A DNA stretch of 64,000 nucleotides from an uncultured Desulfovibrionaceae bacterium (lineage in GTDB: Bacteria; Bacillota; Dethiobacteria; DTU022; UBA8154), in contig CAZRVU010000002.1 in the NCBI GenBank assembly GCA_964603615.1, positions 9,677-73,676 of the forward strand. Direction: 5' to 3'. Both the position numbers and the translations under genes were made by a program. Shown here in pieces: positions 60,736-64,000 of the stretch (position 1 is the stretch's first letter; every line of letters starts with the position of its first letter). The notes below the pieces were generated by a model. The model searched no databases, was not told the origin of the DNA, and saw only the letters and a list, made by a program, of their open reading frames with translations.

Positions 60736-61113
60736 TTATGATCGTAGCAGTTTCCCTTTTAACAACAAACTTTGTAGATCATGAAGTATTTCCCAATACG
60801 AAAGCTGATCTGCACCTTTTCTGGCAATAATCACTAAATCAAAACCAGTTTTTAAATGTTGCTGTAAACTACGCATTGCTTCACGATAAATTCTTTTTAG
60901 CCGGTGACGTATAACACTTTTCCCCACTTTTTTACTAACAACGATACCCAAGCGATTAATTGTTTTCCTATTCCTTTTAAAGTAAAGAACCGTTTTGGCC
61001 GTAGCTCGCGATCTACCCTTCCTGTAAATATCCTGAAACTGATAATTTTTACTCAATCTTTCTATCTTTTGTTCTTGAGCTTTTTTTTTAATACTAGTAT
61101 TTTCTTCCATCAT
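60736..61113 (-). CDS. rnpA: Ribonuclease P protein component
   Basis: Basic 125-aa protein; VVSKKVGKSVIRHRLKRIYREAMR is the RnpA RNR-like motif; immediately follows rpmH. Confidence 0.85.
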   Translation of the reverse strand: MMEENTSIKKKAQEQKIERLSKNYQFQDIYRKGRSRATAKTVLYFKRNRKTINRLGIVVSKKVGKSVIRHRLKRIYREAMRSLQQHLKTGFDLVIIARKGADQLSYWEILHDLQSLLLKGKLLRS

Positions 61114-61114
61114 C

Positions 61115-61249
61115 CTAAGCTGACAGCCTGTTTTTTTTCTTTTTTCTTCTCCTTTGTAAAATTCTTCTACCTCCTGGTGTGGACATTCTTTTCATAAAAC
61201 CATGCACTCTTTTTCGCTTTCTTACCTTCGGTTGATATGTTCTTTTCAT
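61115..61249 (-). CDS. rpmH: 50S ribosomal protein L34
   Basis: Translates to [44 protein letters not shown] (44 aa); the ORF is below the 60-aa track cutoff. Confidence 0.85.
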   Translation of the reverse strand: MKRTYQPKVRKRKRVHGFMKRMSTPGGRRILQRRRKKKKNRLSA

Positions 61250-61668
61250 CATGCAAAATCCTTTCTTTTAGGTAAATTAGAGTTACATTTACCCCTTCAA
61301 ACTCTGAAACTCATTATAACGCATCTATTCTAGACATGCAACACAGTGCAGCAGCATTTTTATGTAGTTATTAACATCTTGCGCAACACATTTTTTATTA
61401 ATAGTTGCCACTATTTTCCCCTGTGTTCAACCTTAAACTTTTTTTATATAATTAAGCTCCTTTACAATCTGCTCTATCCTTAAAATTCTGACAAATTGAA
61501 AATATTCCACGACTTAGCTTTTATTTAATCCTCACTTTAGATATTGCTGTGAAAGATGGCATCTGTTATTATATATGTTGCAGGTATTCGCACTTTTAGG
61601 TTATCCACAGCAAATGTGGATAACCTAAAATAACTGTGGATAATTATTTTTTGATGGAGGTTCAATTT
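61250..61668. promoter_or_regulatory. oriC part 1: DnaA-box cluster and dnaA promoter region
   Basis: Three consensus DnaA boxes, TTATCCACA/TGTGGATAA, at about 61591-61599, 61606-61614 and 61635-61643, within AT-rich sequence upstream of dnaA. Confidence 0.7.
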
Positions 61669-63027
61669 ATGGAAAACCGTTTACCTACCATCTGGTATTC
61701 AGTTTTAGCTGAAATGGAAAAAACATTAAGCAAACCAAGTTTTGAAACCTGGTTAAAAACAACCAAACTGATTGACTTACAAAATGATAAAATTATTGTA
61801 GAAGTACCAAATGAATTTACCCGCGACTGGTTAAAAAACCACTACAATAAATTTTTAAGTAATGCCCTCGATAAAATTAGCGATAACCGGTATTACATAC
61901 ATTTTGTTACACCTCAAAATATCTCTTCTAAGAATAGTGGATTTTCTTCTGCTACTTTACCGCTGCAAAAAACTGAAAATAATATGGATAACGCTCTATC
62001 TTTAACTTGTAAATGGCTCAATCCAAAATATACTTTTAGCAGTTTTGTAATTGGAAATGGTAACCGTCTAGCACATGCTGCTTCCCTGGCCGTCGCAGAA
62101 GCACCCTCCAGGGCTTATAATCCCCTTTTCATCTATGGTGGAGTGGGACTAGGTAAAACCCACCTGATGCATGCCGTTGGCCACTATGTTGTCTCTCAAA
62201 ATACAAGTGAAAAAGTAAAATATCTCTCTTCTGAAAAATTTACAAATCAGTTTATCAATGCTATACGGGATAATAAAACAGAATTATTTCGTAATAAATA
62301 CCGTAATGTAGATGTGCTCCTGATCGATGATATCCAGTTTTTAGCAGGAAAAGAACAGACACAAGAAGAATTTTTTCATACTTTTAATGCCCTTCATGAA
62401 AATAACAAACAAATTGTCGTTTCTAGTGACCGCCCGCCCAGGGATATTCCTACGTTAGAAGATCGACTACGTTCACGTTTTGAATGGGGTTTAATAACAG
62501 ATATTCAGGCTCCCGATCTGGAAACTAGAATTGCCATCCTCCGTAAAAAAAGTTCTCAAGAAAGAATCATACTAAGCGATGATGTCCTTTTATTTATCGC
62601 CCAAAAAATTAAAAACAATATCAGAGAATTGGAAGGAGCTTTAATCCGCATTATTGCCTTTGCCTCTTTGGAGGATCGCAAGATCGACTTAGCTCTATCA
62701 GAAGAAGCACTGAAAGACTTTCTTAGTCCCCAACAAAGAAATTTAAACTCAGAAAAAATCATCGCTGTTACGGCTTCTTATTACAAAATATCGGTTAAAG
62801 ATATTAAATCACAAAGGAGAACTCAAAACATTACCTTACCGAGACAGGTTGCTATGTATCTTTGCCGCGAATTAACTGATCTTTCCCTGCCAAAAATAGG
62901 AGAAGAATTTGGCGGAAAGGATCATACTACTGTTATTCATGCCCATCGTAAGATAACTTCACATCTAACCAAAAATAATACGCTTTTGCGTCAATTGAAT
63001 GAAATTAAAAATCTTTTAAATTATTAG
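61669..63027 (+). CDS. dnaA: Chromosomal replication initiator DnaA
   Basis: [30 protein letters not shown]..., AAA+ ([17 protein letters not shown]) and the C-terminal HTH ([20 protein letters not shown]) are near-identical in motifs to B. subtilis DnaA. RBS GGAGG 8 nt upstream; the ORF opens at 61636. Confidence 0.97.
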   Translation: MENRLPTIWYSVLAEMEKTLSKPSFETWLKTTKLIDLQNDKIIVEVPNEFTRDWLKNHYNKFLSNALDKISDNRYYIHFVTPQNISSKNSGFSSATLPLQKTENNMDNALSLTCKWLNPKYTFSSFVIGNGNRLAHAASLAVAEAPSRAYNPLFIYGGVGLGKTHLMHAVGHYVVSQNTSEKVKYLSSEKFTNQFINAIRDNKTELFRNKYRNVDVLLIDDIQFLAGKEQTQEEFFHTFNALHENNKQIVVSSDRPPRDIPTLEDRLRSRFEWGLITDIQAPDLETRIAILRKKSSQERIILSDDVLLFIAQKIKNNIRELEGALIRIIAFASLEDRKIDLALSEEALKDFLSPQQRNLNSEKIIAVTASYYKISVKDIKSQRRTQNITLPRQVAMYLCRELTDLSLPKIGEEFGGKDHTTVIHAHRKITSHLTKNNTLLRQLNEIKNLLNY

Positions 63028-63301
63028 TCGTGGACAACCCTGTGTTTTGTTTTGTGTATAAGTTAATAAATCTGTGCCTAATTCACAGTATTTTTATCTA
63101 AAATTATTTTTTTGTGTATTATGTTTATAACTTTTCCACCTTATCCACATCTTATCCACATACGAAATATTGATAGGTAGGTAAATTTAATCACTTATAC
63201 ACATATTCACAACCCCTATTACTTCTTTTATTATATTTTAATTAATTATATTAAATAATAGATAATCATAGCTTGTGAAATATCTTTAAGGAGAGATGGA
63301 G
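63028..63301. promoter_or_regulatory. oriC part 2: DnaA boxes plus AT-rich unwinding region between dnaA and dnaN
   Basis: Tandem TTATCCACA TC TTATCCACA (about 63139-63158), degenerate boxes (TTATACACA), then an AT-rich stretch of over 80% AT (about 63200-63280). Confidence 0.7.
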
Positions 63302-64000
63302 ATGCACCTAGTATTTAAAAAAGAAGTTTTACTAGAAAGTATATCTTTTTTGGAAAAAATCATCCCTAACCGTACGCCTATTCCTTTATTAAAAGGTGTT
63401 AAACTAGAAGCAAAAGATAATAATTTAATCTTAACTAGCAATAACCTAGAAATGAGTCTTAAAGCTATTTATGAAGCAGCTATTTATGAAGATGGTAGTG
63501 TGATCTTACCAGAAAAATTTTTTGATATTATTAGACAAGCTCCCGCAGAAGAAATTGAAATAAAAATGCCCATTGAAGATTTTCGTGCAGAAATCAAGAG
63601 TGGAACAGCAAATTTTTTTCTTTATGGTGCCGATGCCGAACAGTTTCCTTTATCTACAGAGGAACAATTATGGCGTAACTGGACAAAGATAAGCTTTCCG
63701 GCCCTCGAACTAAGAAATATACTGCAAAAGGTTTATTTTGCGGCATCTCAAGATGAAAGCAAACCTTCTTTTAAGGGGATACTATTAGAGATTGAAGCGG
63801 GACACCTGCTTTGCTTGGCTTCCGATACATACCGTTTAGCTTGTTTTAAAAAGGTTTTTCCACAAAAAGATCTATCTTTACCCTACCGTCTATTGATTCC
63901 GGGCAAAACATTAGGTGAAATGACCAAAATGCTCACAGATGCCGCGGCAAATGTGGACTGCTATTTTCAAGAAAATGAAATTATCTTTGTTCATAAGGAA
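63302..64000 (+). CDS. dnaN: DNA polymerase III beta subunit (5' portion; continues past window end)
   Basis: MHLVFKKEVLLESISFLEKIIPNRTPIPLLKGVKLEAKDNNLILTSNNLEMSLKA... is a beta-clamp domain I; RBS AAGGAGAG 7 nt upstream. Confidence 0.9.
   Translation, partial: MHLVFKKEVLLESISFLEKIIPNRTPIPLLKGVKLEAKDNNLILTSNNLEMSLKAIYEAAIYEDGSVILPEKFFDIIRQAPAEEIEIKMPIEDFRAEIKSGTANFFLYGADAEQFPLSTEEQLWRNWTKISFPALELRNILQKVYFAASQDESKPSFKGILLEIEAGHLLCLASDTYRLACFKKVFPQKDLSLPYRLLIPGKTLGEMTKMLTDAAANVDCYFQENEIIFVHKE

Overview
This window is mostly conserved Firmicutes core genome from an endospore-forming Clostridia-like organism (roughly 48-50% GC), including the replication origin; I found no convincing novel multi-gene system. 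Sporulation genes spoIIR, a sigma-F/G-family factor and yyaC support the sporeformer call. Nearly every gene is on the minus strand and follows a Bacillus/Clostridia-like order. From the low-coordinate end the order is: glyA, rpiB, ywlE-like phosphatase, tsaC, a Na/Pi transporter, spoIIR, the sigma factor, nikR, prmC, prfA, DUF1385, rpmE, LysM/M23 peptidase and rho. Then come a CaCA antiporter, glpX, tal, fba, sppA, pyrG, a polyamine operon (pdaD-speE-speB), a small accessory patch, and rlmH. After that come htrA, a histidine phosphatase, murA, yycI, yycH, walK, walR, a second M23 peptidase, dnaB, a Lon-like protease, rplI, rpsR, ssb, rpsF, an AI-2E transporter, ychF and DUF951. The window ends with the origin block: parB, parA, a noc-like ParB paralog, rsmG, mnmE, jag, yidC, yidD, rnpA, rpmH, oriC DnaA boxes, dnaA and the start of dnaN, with a canonical parS. 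The accessory patch holds a cation/H+ antiporter, an MBL hydrolase, a CysK-like PLP enzyme, a B12-binding radical SAM protein and a saccharopine-dehydrogenase-like protein. The unusual content is mobile and repeat DNA. A roughly 230-bp MITE-like element with 13-bp terminal inverted repeats occurs in four near-complete and two fragmentary copies, all in the same orientation. Four of the six lie at the 3' ends of minus-strand genes. An intact IS element (IS1182/IS5-like) with terminal inverted repeats and a likely target-site duplication sits between the DUF951 gene and yyaC. A lower-GC, stand-alone adenylate kinase gene is flanked by two MITE copies next to yyaC. mnmG is missing between mnmE and rsmG, exactly where a MITE fragment lies, and gdpP is absent near rplI.
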